Below the pieces are notes generated by a model. The model had not been told where the DNA came from, ran no database searches, and saw nothing but the letters and a program-made list of their open reading frames with translations. A program made the position numbers and the translations under genes. A DNA stretch of 64,000 bases, from assembly GCF_009914755.1 (NCBI RefSeq), contig NC_060925.1. One strand, 5' to 3'. The stretch comes from the human T2T-CHM13v2.0 reference genome, Homo sapiens. The first letter of the stretch is position 1, and each line of letters starts with the position of its first letter. Below, piece by piece: positions 34,035 through 47,450 of the stretch.

Positions 34035-35468
34035 ATCCTTCCCTCGAGGGATCGGTGGTTTGTCATGGAGTTGATTCTGAAGGCCATCAAAACCTTCCTC
34101 ATATCATGAAGTTTGTGAAAACCATTGGGAATAATTAATGTTTTATACTCAAAGAAAGCTGTCGTTTCTATTAACAAGGAATAGAAACTGGGGCCAGGAG
34201 GCCCCTGAAAACAGAGGCATGATGGAATGCTGGCTGAGGGCTCCCGCAAGTGATCCACAGCCCTCTTTGCCTCAGCCTGCCTGGAACCAGGACAAGGACC
34301 CAGAGCACGCTACTGAGCCGGGGCTCAGTCAACATCTGTGGAAAGAATGACTGGCAAGGAAGGCCCAAACTTCTCCAGGCTCCCTGGGCCTATGGATGCA
34401 GACCTGTTAAAAAGTGTCAGCTCCTCAGAAAGCTTGGCTTTCTCCTTCACCTTCTCACACAGGACCTCTAGTCCCGGCAGAGGCTCCCTGACCCCGTCAC
34501 TTCATGTGAACTGGTTGTCTTAATCTCTCCTAGTTGCTAAGTTGCTCTCTTGCCATAGTACTTCTTTGCTAGTGGCAGAAGGATGAGGAGTGGGGATATT
34601 TCTGGTTAGTGGAGCAAAGGCTTCAGTGTGTCACAGAATGTGGTCTCTAAGGCCCAGACAACTGTGTGGGATCTAGCCTAGGTATCAATTTGAAAAGAGC
34701 TACCTGGTTATACTCAGAATTCCCACCTATGCCCTTCCTGCCTGGAACTCTTTGACAGGAAGACTTTTCTCCTGCAAGCTTTCTCAGCACTCTGCACAGC
34801 CCATCCACACTCTGCCTCTCCGTCCTCACTCCACTAAGTCACCAGTCATATCTCTGCAGAGCTGGCCCCTGAGTGCTGATAGAACTCGACTTATTCCCCA
34901 GGAGACACCTCAGCCCTGGTGCGAATCATGAGACCTCTCCTCCACTGGGCCTGTCTCATGAGTTCACAGATAAGGCCAGTGGTGCCTGAACCCCAACACA
35001 AGACAGAAAGTGCAAGTTATTGGATGGATGAGAATGTCAGAGAAAGTCAACAGGACCCGGTGGCAAATTTTAATCTGTTTGCTATCATAGAAACTTGGGA
35101 AGGGTTTTAGGTATCTAAGGAAGAAAAAAGCTCTTCCCCTGCTGTTGGAGGAGAGTTATTGGAAAGAAACCATCTTCATACCAGTTTCTTTCCCCATCCT
35201 GCTATATTTCTCTCTCCCTTCTAGTATGTGGTTAAACAAAATTGGGAGCATACTATATGTACAGTTTTCTATGCTCTAGGGAGCACTTGTTCATATAATT
35301 TCAAGAAAGCTTGAAAACATTCTTTCATTCCACTCCCATATGTTGAACATTTAACTTGTTCCCAATTTTTCATTTTTATAAATAATGCATGGTGAATATT
35401 CGGTTCATAAATCTTTAACTGCAACTCTGGTTATTTTCTTAGACTAGAGCTAAAAAAATTAGAGTATG

Positions 35469-35793
<325 letters not shown>

Positions 35794-35974
35794 AGATTAT
35801 GAGGGCAAAGGATACTAACATAACTGAGGCTATTTATTTATATTAAACTACCCTTCAGAAAAGTAATAACTTATAGTACTAGGAATACCCAGGCCTGATT
35901 CCACATCTTCACCAACCCTGCATAATATCATTGTTTTAACATTGCTAATTACTTTTAAACAACCCATATACAAG

Positions 35975-36660
35975 TTGTACCTCACTGATTCTAATAACGT
36001 ATTTTCCCTCCTCTATCTTAACATCTCTGAATTCACTGGCACTTTGCAATACCTGGCATCTGCCAATCACTTTAGACCAGTCAGTAGATGCCACTTAGTT
36101 ATCTGTGATGAGTGAACTTGGTTGTTCATTCTAGTTTTACCATTGAACAACTACTATCCCTCAAGATTTCAGTCAAAAAGCTCTTAGGGACCATTTGAGG
36201 AAGCAGTGTTAGCCATGGTTGCTAACACATCCTGGTAAGATCAAAGCAGAGGCAGCATTAAAATGTGCAGTATGGGTGTCAGTGGCTTAGAAGAAAATCC
36301 TAGAAACAAAAGCAGAGCACAATGCAATGCTGCAACCCCAAGCTCATGAAGGCACAGGGAATAACACCATGTGCAAAGCACAGACCTCTATGACTCTTGG
36401 GAAAAAGGTGATTCTGGAGAGTTGGACTCTGCCTGTGAAGTTTTCGGCAAATCTCAATCCCTTTATTTCTTTTATTATTGTATGTGTTCACAAGAGATAA
36501 ACATCTATGTCTCAACAACTCTAAAAGAGATATTTTGATAAGCATAAGATAAAAATTCTAAGTGATAAGAAATAATTATGCCATAGTTTAACTTGCGGCT
36601 TTCCTTTCTTTTTCTACAATACATAAAATCATGGTATATCAGACTTGATTAAATATCATA
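35975..36660. mobile_element. Old TcMar-Tigger-like DNA transposon (Tigger12/13-like)
   Basis: Ends resemble recalled termini (tgattctaa...ttaacatctctgaa; atggtatatcagacttgattaaata). Highly diverged. Confidence 0.4.
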
Positions 36661-37189
36661 TTTTAAAATATGAGAGTATTTTACAATAATGGAAACTGAA
36701 GTAATTTTCAAACGATACATAATACTTGCAACAAATCATGTAGATTTTACCTTAATCTGTGGGTAGGTCTTGCCCTCCTAATATGTTCCTTCCTCCTTAG
36801 AGAAGAGTTAGAATAGGGCACATTTCCTGGGGACTGCAGCTGCTCCAAGAACCAAGACCACAGTTCCATTTGGTGTGGAGCTCTGTGAAATTGGTTCACA
36901 GTGGCCATGGCCCCCAGGGTCCTCAAGCTTATCCCAGGTTACTCAAACATTTTGAAAAGAGCTCTACCCTACTGTTTTTCTTTAATCTTTCCTCTACCAA
37001 CATTACCTCATCTTTCTCAATAAAAATCTCTCAGAACTATTAAAGTAGAATACATAAACAGATCCATTTTATTAAACAAATATTCATCACCCCCCATTAC
37101 CAGGGCCCACGCTTGGCACTGGACATGAACTAGGATCACAGAATGCTTCCTGCTAACTAAGAACTAAAAGTCTAATGGGAAAAATTACT

Positions 37190-38180
37190 TATTAATCTCA
37201 AAAGGAAAATACTACTATACACTAGAGAAGTTGGAAATACATTAACCAAGTGATCAAAATTAACATCACTAGAAAGGGGCAAACAGACGTCAACCTTCAG
37301 ATGTGATACCAAAGACCCGTGACTTATACAGTATTCCAAATGGATAAACAAAAGCTAATCATGAGGAAACATTGGAGAAGCAGTGGAATATTTTATAAAT
37401 GACAGGCCTGTATTTTTTTAAGATCGATAGTATCAAAGAGAAAGGCTGAAATTAAATATTAATTCAGATTAAAGGAGACTAAAGAGACAGAATGACTTAA
37501 TGCCATAAATGATTTTAGACTGGATCTTGTTTTAAAAAGAAAATTCTATAAATGACATTACAACAATTCATAAAATGATGACATGTAGATTGTAGATGAA
37601 AGTATTGTATCAGATCTGGGCATTGTGGCTCATCCCTGTAATCCTAACATTTTGGGAGGTTGAGGCGGGAGGATCATTTGAGGCCAGAAGTTTGAGACCA
37701 GCCTGAGCACATATTGAGAACCCCACCTCCACAATTTTTCTTTAAATTAGCCAGGCTTGGTGGTGCATGCTTGTAGTCACAGTTACTTGGGAGGCTAAGG
37801 CAGGAGGATCCCTTGAGCCCCAGAGTTCAAGGCTGCAGTGAGCTATGATCATGTCACTGTACTCTAGCCTGGGCAACAGAATTAGATCCTGTCTCTAAAA
37901 AATACATTGCATCAGTTTAAACTTCCCGAATATGATAACTGAACTACAGATATGTAAAAGAAAATATTCTTATACCTAGGAAAAATACACTGAAGTATTT
38001 TTAGTAGAGGCATGAGGTTTGCAAACTATCTCAAATAATTAAAAAATAATATGTATAAAAACACTCATATAGAGAGAATGATAGAGCAAATATAACAAAA
38101 TGTTGGTATATGAGAGACCTTTGTGTTATTCTTGCAACTTTTCTGTAATGTTTGAAATTATTTCAAAATAAAAAGTAAAA
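37190..38180 (+). mobile_element. L1MC-like 3' fragment interrupted by an Alu
   Basis: ttaaccaagtgatcaaaattaacatcac, cagattaaaggagactaaagagac, cttgcaacttttctgtaatgtttgaaattatttcaaaataaaaagt. Confidence 0.75.
37613..37905 (+). mobile_element. Alu (AluJ-like)
   Basis: Diverged dimer (ggaggatcccttgagccc, gctgcagtgagctatgatc); TSD attg(t/c)atcag. Confidence 0.9.
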
Positions 38181-41100
38181 CAATAGATAATTCACATGAA
38201 AGTCTTCTGTGTATACTTATTTGTAAGGTTGTAGTACAATTAAAGAGAACTCTGTTCTTAAAGTAAAAAATAAGATCTAATAGACAAGAAGTATAGACAA
38301 ATAAGCCTGCAAACTTCAGTGCTATGAGTTCTGACACATTAATCTCCACATCCTGAGAAATGAACCTGAACAAAGTCAAGATCAGAGAGGCAGTTGTCAG
38401 CATTAAACATGATTTGTTAAATGTGAATTAAGAACAACAAAATTTTCCTTCTGTTTCAACATCCTGAAATTGCATTTTATTAAGAGATTGACATTTTCGT
38501 AATCAACATAATTTCCTTCAATCCTTTTTGGAAAAGGGTGAGGTATAAGTACAATTAATAGATGCATGATTCTTACCTTGTCCCTTTCTCAGTATGTATT
38601 ATATTTGGTCAATTATGCCAGAAAGCTCCTAAATCTAGATTGTAAATGGCAGCTCTTCAGATTATGTCTACTTATTTTATCCTCTGTTTTTTCTTGTCTT
38701 ATTCTCCATATGAATCCCCCTTACTTCCTCTAAACCTCAAAATAACAGTTTTTATGATTCTTTCAGATTTTAAACAGAGAATTATGAGTAGATCATCTTG
38801 GGGATTATATTCATATTGTTGACAGAAGACAATACCACTTTTTTCCAAATCACTGAATGCCCAGAACCTGGTAGTAATGGTCCAAGAAGTTAATGGAGAC
38901 AGAGAGAGTTAAGACAAAATATTTTTGTTTAAATTTAAAATTTGCAATTATTATGGTATTTTAAAAATCTGACTTCTCTTCCTGCCTCTTGGTCATAATT
39001 TCTATTTATTCTACTTTTGCTTGTGTTCTGTAGGCATCACAGATCTCATGCCAAGGCTCTGCCCAGTGTAGAGAGCTAAGTAACACGAAAGCACTGAACA
39101 TCCCAAAGAAAAGTCCAGTTTCCATACACTCATCAGTTATGACTATGTCCATGCTGTAGATTCCTGGAGGTACCAATGGAGTTGCCAGTTGCTGTCACTT
39201 CATCAAGGGGGAGGATCCTGCAAAATCTTCCACTGGATACAGAGAGGTTTCCAGCATGGCTCTGGGGTCTAGATTTTTTTACCTAAAAATCTACAGGGAC
39301 CAGCCAGTCATGCAGGTGAATAATGTGGTTGAGAGACTACATACCCCGACTCAAGGTATGGCCATTATTCTGCCATTTAGAAATTCAGGCCCAGTAATAC
39401 CAAAGTTTCCAATTCTTAAAGAGAAGGCAGAAATCCAGATTTTTATAGGAAATCCTTAAATATTGGCAATTTAAAAAGAGCAGGTTCAATCTGGCCCACA
39501 GGCACCTAGTTTAGGATCTCTGCTACAGGTTTTACCAACTGTGTCTACAGGTATTTACCAACTGTGTCTCCTCACTAAAGAGTCTGGCAGCCTGGGAGAG
39601 CTTCGCTATGGAATCATCAAATGTCTCCAAATCTTGAAAGGCACAGAGGGGCAAGGAGCTAACTGAACTCCAAAGACATCATGGTGATTTAGAGGCAAAT
39701 AATATGTTTTCTAGAAATGATGAGATTTTTTTCCCCACCTTTCCTCCTACCAGTCTTCCCCTCTGTCCTCTCAAAGAATGAGGTACACAGGCCTGAGTGA
39801 AGGACAATCTCCTAGAACCATGACCAAAGAACAGTGGCTACTGTGAGGACAGAAAGGAAATATGACAGAGTAACTACAGATCCAAACTGAGGGCCACCAA
39901 ATACCCTGCTTTTGATCAACATCTGGGGGAAAGAACTTCAAGGTTTCTTTGAACTCAGTCAGCCTTTGCTCCAAAAGTACTGGCCACCTTTCACAACGGC
40001 ATCAATGGAATCTCCTGTCCAGATTTTGGGCTGCTGAAATAAAGGATCATCGGCTCCTGGGAGATGGATGACAGCCATAGAGTAGGAAGCCAATAGTGCC
40101 CTCCAGCCAGAGGAAGCAAATACAACAGGCCAGTGGGGAGGAAGGCCTGTTTTTAATTCTCAGTGGCATCATGCTGTGGCTCAGTGAGGGACTCTGAATG
40201 GGGAGGAGGCCATTACTTGACATATAATTACCAGTGGCAGCAATCTACCAAAGAGGCTAATGGAGATCCAAGGGCTATTTCAGCTTTTTCAAGAAACAAT
40301 TCAAAGCCTTGTCAGAATAAAATCCACATTTCCTCTTTCTCCTTAGTACATTTCCCTACCTAGAGTCAAGCACGTTAAGACACTGTTCACAGCTGTAAAG
40401 TGAATGCTAGCTCGCAGGTGCCAGCCCCGTGGTTTGCTTTGGGAGCCGATTTAATGAAAGCTGGAATTGGGACCAGTAAAGCTTTCATTTCAGGGCCATT
40501 CTCCAACATAGTTGTCTGACAACTTAACTGGGAAAGATAAATTATCCAGAGAGAGATTACTATGCACAACCTCCTTTTTCTTTCCAACTCACTCCAGAGT
40601 AATTCCAACCTCCAGTTACCTTCCAATCTGTCTGCTGAAAACCTTTTCCTTGTTTACTGCCATCTGCTACATAGGAAACCCAGACAACCTCCATCCTCAC
40701 TACTCTGATTTAAGGAGCCAGACAGTAGGTGCAAACCCGGCTTCCTTGTTCCAATCGGCTGTTATGCTTCTTCACTATTTAAACGTGTGGTCAGGGAGCA
40801 TTCTCTTAGTAATTCAAGGGGTCACCATCTCAAACTCTTCCTTTGCTCTCAATGTCATTGCGTAGTTATAGTCAGTAGGCAGCTCTCTCGGCTGCCTACT
40901 TTTAGATGGTGTAAACCCTATATGTAAAACCTACATGTGAGGTGTAAGTGGGTGTCAATCTGGGCAGTTGGTTAATATGTTCCCAGACTGTGACATAAAC
41001 CAATAATAAATGTAACTGACCAGCAGGGTTTGGCTGGAAATGAAAATCTTACACATTCTCTGCACTCGCACTGGCTTTTACCATAGAATATTTTATTATA

Positions 41101-42198
41101 ATTCATAATTGTGTAATCTCCAAGAAAACTATAAGAAAATAAGGGAAGGAAAAGGGCAGAAAAGGAATGATTTTTCTTTGTCCTTTCTCATGCCTGTTGA
41201 GGATGACATTTCTCCTTTTCCCCAAAAAAGAATAAAGAAAAATAGGATATCAAATAAAAGAGAATAGAGTTTTCCCACAATCTCTCATGCATCTAGACCA
41301 TCATGGTCCACAACCCTGCATTTCTGCTGCCTCCTTCTTTAGGATGATGAGTAAAAATGATTTTTCAAATCCACTAATCTTATAAGCCTTTTTGTGCAAA
41401 TGTCTCTCTAAGTATTTAAAAACACTGTAAAATATTGTATTAGTAATACAAACACAGAAAAGAAACTATTTATTCAGAGATTTTGATAGTCACCAAATCT
41501 AAAGCCAACCATGTGTGTGTTATTCCCACAGCATCTAGGATTATTAGAGGAAAAATATGTTTTCTTTTAAACAAAATGAAAACATGATGCTGGATCACAT
41601 TTCCAAATTCTTTTTCTTAAAAGAGAGAGAAAAAAGATTGAATCTATTTTCATAATAAGTATGGATGACTCTTGGAAACAATGAACCTTTGTTTTTACTG
41701 AACTTAGCAGTATAATCAAGAAACTGTACATTTTCAGTGTGTACATGGAAATTCTAATAAACATAAAATTCATCCTCACTGTGCATTTCAAAGGCAGTCT
41801 ATTCCTATCATCAAAAAAGCAAAATAAGAAAATGGTTCCCACAGAAGAGAATCCCAATTTTTCTGGTTCTTGAGAAAAGCATGTGATCTCTGTTTTGATC
41901 CTAACTTTGTAACCAGATAGGCCATTGAGGAACTTGGAGGAGGAAACAATCAGTTGTCTTTGAGGATCTCAGTTTTATCATAAAATGCAAATAAATAAAG
42001 TGGGTATTGATGTGAAAATCTATTACAATAACTTGTTTACCTTTTCCCAAATATTTACCGAGCAGCTTCCTATAAGGCACCTCAGTGCTAGAACCTGGAG
42101 ATTCAAAAAGAAGAGGGCGGGCCCTCAAGAAGCTGAGCCTAGGGGGCAGATCCAAAAAAGTAAACATAATTAAGAATAGTTATAAGAGTGTTAAGGGA

Positions 42199-42502
42199 GG
42201 CCAGGTGCGGTGGCTCACGCCTGTAATCTCAGCACTTTGGGAGGCCAAGGCGGGTGGATCATTTGAGGTCAGGAGTTCAAGACCAGCTTGGCCACCATGG
42301 TGAAACCTCATCTGTACTAAAAATACAAAAATTAGCTGGGTGTGGTGGTGCACGACTGTAATCCCAGCTACTCAGGAGGCTGACGCAGGAGAATTACTTG
42401 AACCTGGTAGACAGAGATTGCAGCGAGCCAAGACTGTGCCACTGCACTCCAGCCTGGGCGACAGAGTCAGACTCCATCTCAAAACAAACAAACAAACAAA
42501 AC
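42199..42502 (+). mobile_element. Alu (AluS-like) with (CAAA)n tail
   Basis: Dimeric Alu. Confidence 0.95.
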
Positions 42503-42559
42503 AGCATTGTGGGAGATTCGGTAAAGCACACAATAGGTCTCAGCCCAGATTTCAATACC

Positions 42560-43740
42560 TGCAAGAATCTACTCAAAGAAGGTGTGGTCTGTTACAAACC
42601 TTAAAAAATAGGCAAGTGGTGTGGAGAGGTAGTCTGAATCTAAAAAAGAGCATTTATAAAGGTCCAGAGGCCAGAGAGAGTTGTGGCCCTGTGGAAGGCA
42701 GTTCAACATGATTGCAGCATGAGGGAAGAATGGGGAAGGACGGGGCGGGAGAAACTGGCAGAACCCTTGTATCTTGAAGGGCCTTGCATGCCATTCCAAG
42801 GTATACGGATTTTACCCTCAAAGGTCTTTGAAGGTTTGGGAGTAATATGGCCAAGTTTTACCTAAAGAAAGGTCATGTAGCTTCCAGTGTGTATAATGGA
42901 TGAATTGGTGGGAGGGGGGGTAAAACAGAGGGGCAGAGCAATCCATTAGGAAATGGGAGATGGCGGTGACTTGAACTAAGGAAGTGGCAGAACAGATAGG
43001 AAAAAGTGAAAAAAATCTAGAGGATTAAGTAGGAACAACTGACAAAAACTGATTAATAACTTGATATGGATGATGGGGGAGAGGTCCATGTTTCTGTTTT
43101 GGGCAAATGCTTGCATGGTGGTGGGAATATAGGAGACAGAGCTGGTTGAGAAAAGGAATGAGAAAGTGGAGAGATCAGTCTGAGATATATGTTAGAGGAA
43201 TCTCTGGACCATTCACATGAAAATGTCAGGAGATCTCTAGGTCTTGAGCTGGAGAGACACCATCAGGGAGAGAATAGAGAGTTGGGAGTCATAGGCATAC
43301 ATTTGGTAACTGAAGCTACAGGAACGGACCAGACTACTTGAGGTGAGGTTTTCCAACGAAAAGAAAGCCAAATCTAGATCCCAGGGGAACACCACTTTTA
43401 AGAAACATGTATTGAGAAATGAGTAAGCCAAAGGGAAGACAGCAAGGTAAGAAGAAAATTAGGAAGGTGGAACCATGGATCTGAGCGAAGGCACTGTTAT
43501 AAAAAAGGAAACTGGTCCACATGATTGAATGCAGCAGAAAGGGGACTGAAGAGAAAGTGAAGTCAAAGTGACACTGGATTTAATGAGGGGGATTACTCAT
43601 TAAATGGTGATCTTGGCAAGGAAACTTTCAGTGGAGTGGTGAGTGTGGAAACTTGATTATGGAAACCAGATGAGAAATGAATGCAAGTGAGAATGCTAAA
43701 CTGGCAAATGTCGACCATTCTCTCAAGAAGTTTGACTCTA
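42560..43740. mobile_element. L2 LINE remnant
   Basis: L2-like text (ggtcttgagctggagagac, gggagtcataggcata, gatcttggcaaggaaactttcagtggagtggtg). Boundaries approximate. Confidence 0.55.
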
Positions 43741-45751
43741 AGTCCTTGAAGGCTGGCACTGTGCCTCATTCTCTGTTGTATCCTGAGGTATAATATCAAC
43801 AAGTAATAAATAAATATCTGTTGAATTAATTCTAAACAAGGGAAGAAGATGAGGCAAAGGCTACTGGGAGGATGGGTCAAGGAAAAGGATGAGATTGAGA
43901 GTAAAAATGAGAAGTTTACTTTAGACAGGATGAAATCTCTCTTCCAGAAGAACAGGAGTAGAAGAGGTCACAAAATTGAAATAATTTTCATCCACTAGCT
44001 TTAGTTTTATTGATGAATTCAGAAGCAAGGTGATCTACTGAAAATGTCCATGGAAATGATGAAGTAAGTAGATCTAGAAGAGTAAATAGCAAGCTTTGCA
44101 AGGGAAACAAAAAGATCAGTGGGCAGCTGAGGGCCCACTTGAGGGTGGAGGGATTCACCCTGTGTGACAAAATTAACACAGACATGGGGCTGGGGGATGA
44201 ACAGTCCTCAGAACTAGAGACTGCAGGAGGATGGATCTGGGATTGGGCTTTTTCTAGTGGGTAAAAAAAAAAAGATGCCAGAGGAAGGGAATCTCAGATA
44301 TTTGCAATTGGTCCACGCTAGAAGGAACTGAAGACCAAAGGAAACTTTGGTAGCAAGTAAAGTATCAAGAGGGTCTTAAAGAAGATCAGATCAGATTGTA
44401 GGGAACATGGCAGAATGAGAGCTGAAGGTTTGTTATAGAGGGATATTCTATGTGAATGTAAGGTAAATACACATCTATCCTGTTGCTTTTAGGTCTGGCT
44501 ACCATGACCAGGTGCTCTAACCAACGTTGCCAACCTCATCTCATTGCCCCCAGGCTCTCAGAACAGTGCCTTGTTCCTCAACCCACTGTGCTTCTTTTGT
44601 GATGCTGGGCTTCCCAAGGGGAGAAATGCAGTATTTTACTCACTCTGAGAGTCCAATTCCCGCCATTAGAGACATTCTTGATATCTGTAGTGAATGAATA
44701 AATGAAAGAATGTCTCCGCATGTTTGCACATCTTCTAATTTGGTGAAATGTAGACTGTTGTGCTCACTCTCCCTGTGTAGGTACCTATGGAGTATTCTAA
44801 GTTCTGAGATCCCACGCAACAGATCCCTGGCCCTCTGCCATGATGTTCTTCTGTTGAAAGTTAGGGAAGATGCTCTAGAAGGAACTGTGGGGCTGATGTG
44901 AAGGAGAGGTGATGCTTTAGTGCCAGATGACAAGCCAGGGAGTTCACAGAACACCTTGTGGTGTAGAGAATTTGGTAAATTGAGTAAAAAGCTATCTACG
45001 TGAAACTATAAGGAGTCCCTAAGTCCCAGCTGTAGATGCCATAGATGTGGCAAACTATTAAATATTAGATATTCTAATTCACTGTAATTTATTGACAGTC
45101 ACTATTAGCTTTAGTGAATATGCTGAAGAAGTTAAAATGTCAAAGGTGATGTTATAAAAATGAATTCTTACTCCAGGCATCAAACTGTCATGGGTGGCTT
45201 TATTTATAGACACATAGTGGTTTCTGAGGCCATACACAGTTAATAAAATGTGACAGAATGAGTTTTTCATGCACTATAACCCTTAGTTATTAAATTTATC
45301 TCAGAGTCAAAATGATTTAGAATTTTTCACTTTGATTATAAATTATCAGTCACTAAAATTTTTATCATTCACTGAATTACACCAAAGATTCAGTAAAAAT
45401 TATATAGCAAATCTGGAGTGGGACTTCTCATGCTAAGAATTGTCTAAGTCAATGCGGCAAAAGCAGCCATATGGAATGTTTGCAAAGCATTTTATTGTGG
45501 GAAATAAATGTGGGTGTTAAAATACTATGTATAACTACAAATTTAGGCATGCTAATTTTATCAGCAGCGAGATTTCAGTGTTAAGGCTAAACTTCATTAA
45601 TTCAGAAAGCACTAACATAGAACTTTAAAAGAACAGCTGGTGTGTGAGGTAATAAAAAGTAAAAACAAGTTTTCAAAAGGAATATTTCTACCACTCAAGT
45701 GGCATTGGGTGGGGCAGCAGGCAGGTGCTGTGTTTTAAAGCTAAAGACCTA

Positions 45752-46948
45752 GGCAGGATTGAATCTAGCTTTTGTGGGGCTGGAAGCTTATATAACCTGG
45801 GGGAGCCCATTTTAAGAAGAAGGATACAAAATTCAAAATGTAAAATTAAATTTCAAAAGTGAATTTTTTATATAAAAATATATAAAGTAACTATTTGTTC
45901 AAAATGAGAAAAGAAATTATAATATTTTTAAAAGCTGAGTAATGCCACAAGCATTCAAAACTCAGAAAAATATTTTATTAGTTAACTGCCTGACATATTG
46001 CTGTTAATTTACTTCCTTATATTGTTGTTTATATACTCTCAACCTCTTCATATAGCAAATATCTATATCTTTTTGTATAGAAAGAAAAGCAATATAATTT
46101 AGTCTTCCCTCAACCAAAGTTGATTGAAACTTGGTTTTACTAACAGTTTAGAAAAGTTTCAAGCCATTTCACTGTGTTGATGACAGTGTTATGTGCCATT
46201 TCAAATGGAACCGCCAAACTTTGTCAGGCTACATGCATTTGATCTGTTAGAACACAGTCTAACCTAAGGTGCTGTAATGTATAAAATGTTATGTACTTGG
46301 ACATACTCTCTGTTCATAGTACTGCCACAAGTTTGTGCTCTTCAAACACAGCAATCCTGATATCTTCTAATTCATGTGATTTTTATAGCAAAAAAGAAAT
46401 GCATCTGATGTACTTATAATTATATTAAATTGTATTCACTTCATTATCAAGTATGTTTCTGGCAGTTTTGTTTTGACAAGGCATAGAGAGAATTAAGTCA
46501 TTCACTTGAAATTTTTCATGTCTGATGATTGGAAGTATTTTCCCGAGACAAGTTTCAATTGTTGTTTCTCCTCCGGCCCTCAATTACTTTTGATACCAGC
46601 CAGACGGCAGAGCCTTTGGTCCTTTCCCACGTGTCAAGTGAACCACAAGAGTAATAACCTACATATGGAAGTAACTATAAGCCGCATTATTCCACCGACT
46701 GCAAACTAAATGCATCCCCAAGTTAACTTCCCCTCAACCAGATCACAGATACGTCCAGGGCCACTCCAGTGCCACCCAAAACAAGAAGTATGATAGAGGG
46801 GAAGTTGGCTAAGTGGTCTTAGCCAATTGCTTATAAAATATTTCTTTTCACAGATTTTACCAAAACAAATGTGAATACATTGTGATGGGCCCCTGGAGCA
46901 GGCAGACTAAAGTGCAAGCTTCATTAGCATCACAGTTAACCACTTCTG
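45752..46948. mobile_element. Zaphod/MER115-like hAT-Tip100 DNA transposon remnant
   Basis: Left end ttttgtggggctggaagcttatataacctggggg; right end aagcttcattagcatcacagttaaccacttctg. Both resemble recalled Zaphod termini. Confidence 0.55.
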
Positions 46949-47358
46949 GGCCTGGGCAGGTCACTGTTTTGTCCTAAGCATGGCACTCCGGAAAAATCTT
47001 AATTTGTCTGAACTTCAGTTTCCCCTTAGTGAGATGAGGCTACTACTACTACTATGTGTTTCACAGGGCTGTTGTGAGCTCGGAATGAGTTAATTCATGG
47101 GAACCATTATCATAATGCTTGGTAAACAGTAAATGTTTAATAAATATTAGCTTTCATTATTAAGCAAAAGATGTTATAAATTGCAGGATACTACATAACA
47201 AATTGGTTAGAAGAATAATTCATATACCAACAAACAATAAAGACATTAAGCAGACACAATTGTCATGTTAGTTAAAGCTAATTTCCTATTTTATTATTAC
47301 CCTAAATAACTATATATATTTGAAAACAACAAAACTACTTTTTAAAAATTATATCTGA

Positions 47359-47450
47359 CCAAAAGCTCGAGGCTGCAGTGGGCTACGATCATGCCACTGC
47401 ACTTCAGCCTGGGCAGCACAGTGAGGCCCTGTTTCAAAAAGAAAAAAAAA
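47359..47450 (+). mobile_element. Strongly 5'-truncated Alu (about 90 bp) with 15-bp TSD
   Basis: Alu 3' end gaggctgcagtgggctacgatcatgccactgcac with A tail, flanked by aaaaattatatctga at 47344-47358 and again after the tail. Confidence 0.85.

Noticed and set aside
39523-39569. About 23-bp tandem duplication (ctacaggt(a)tttaccaactgtgt); a similar 19-bp one at about 32566-32601
   Set aside because: Ordinary short slippage duplications with no spacer structure; not CRISPR-like or otherwise functional.
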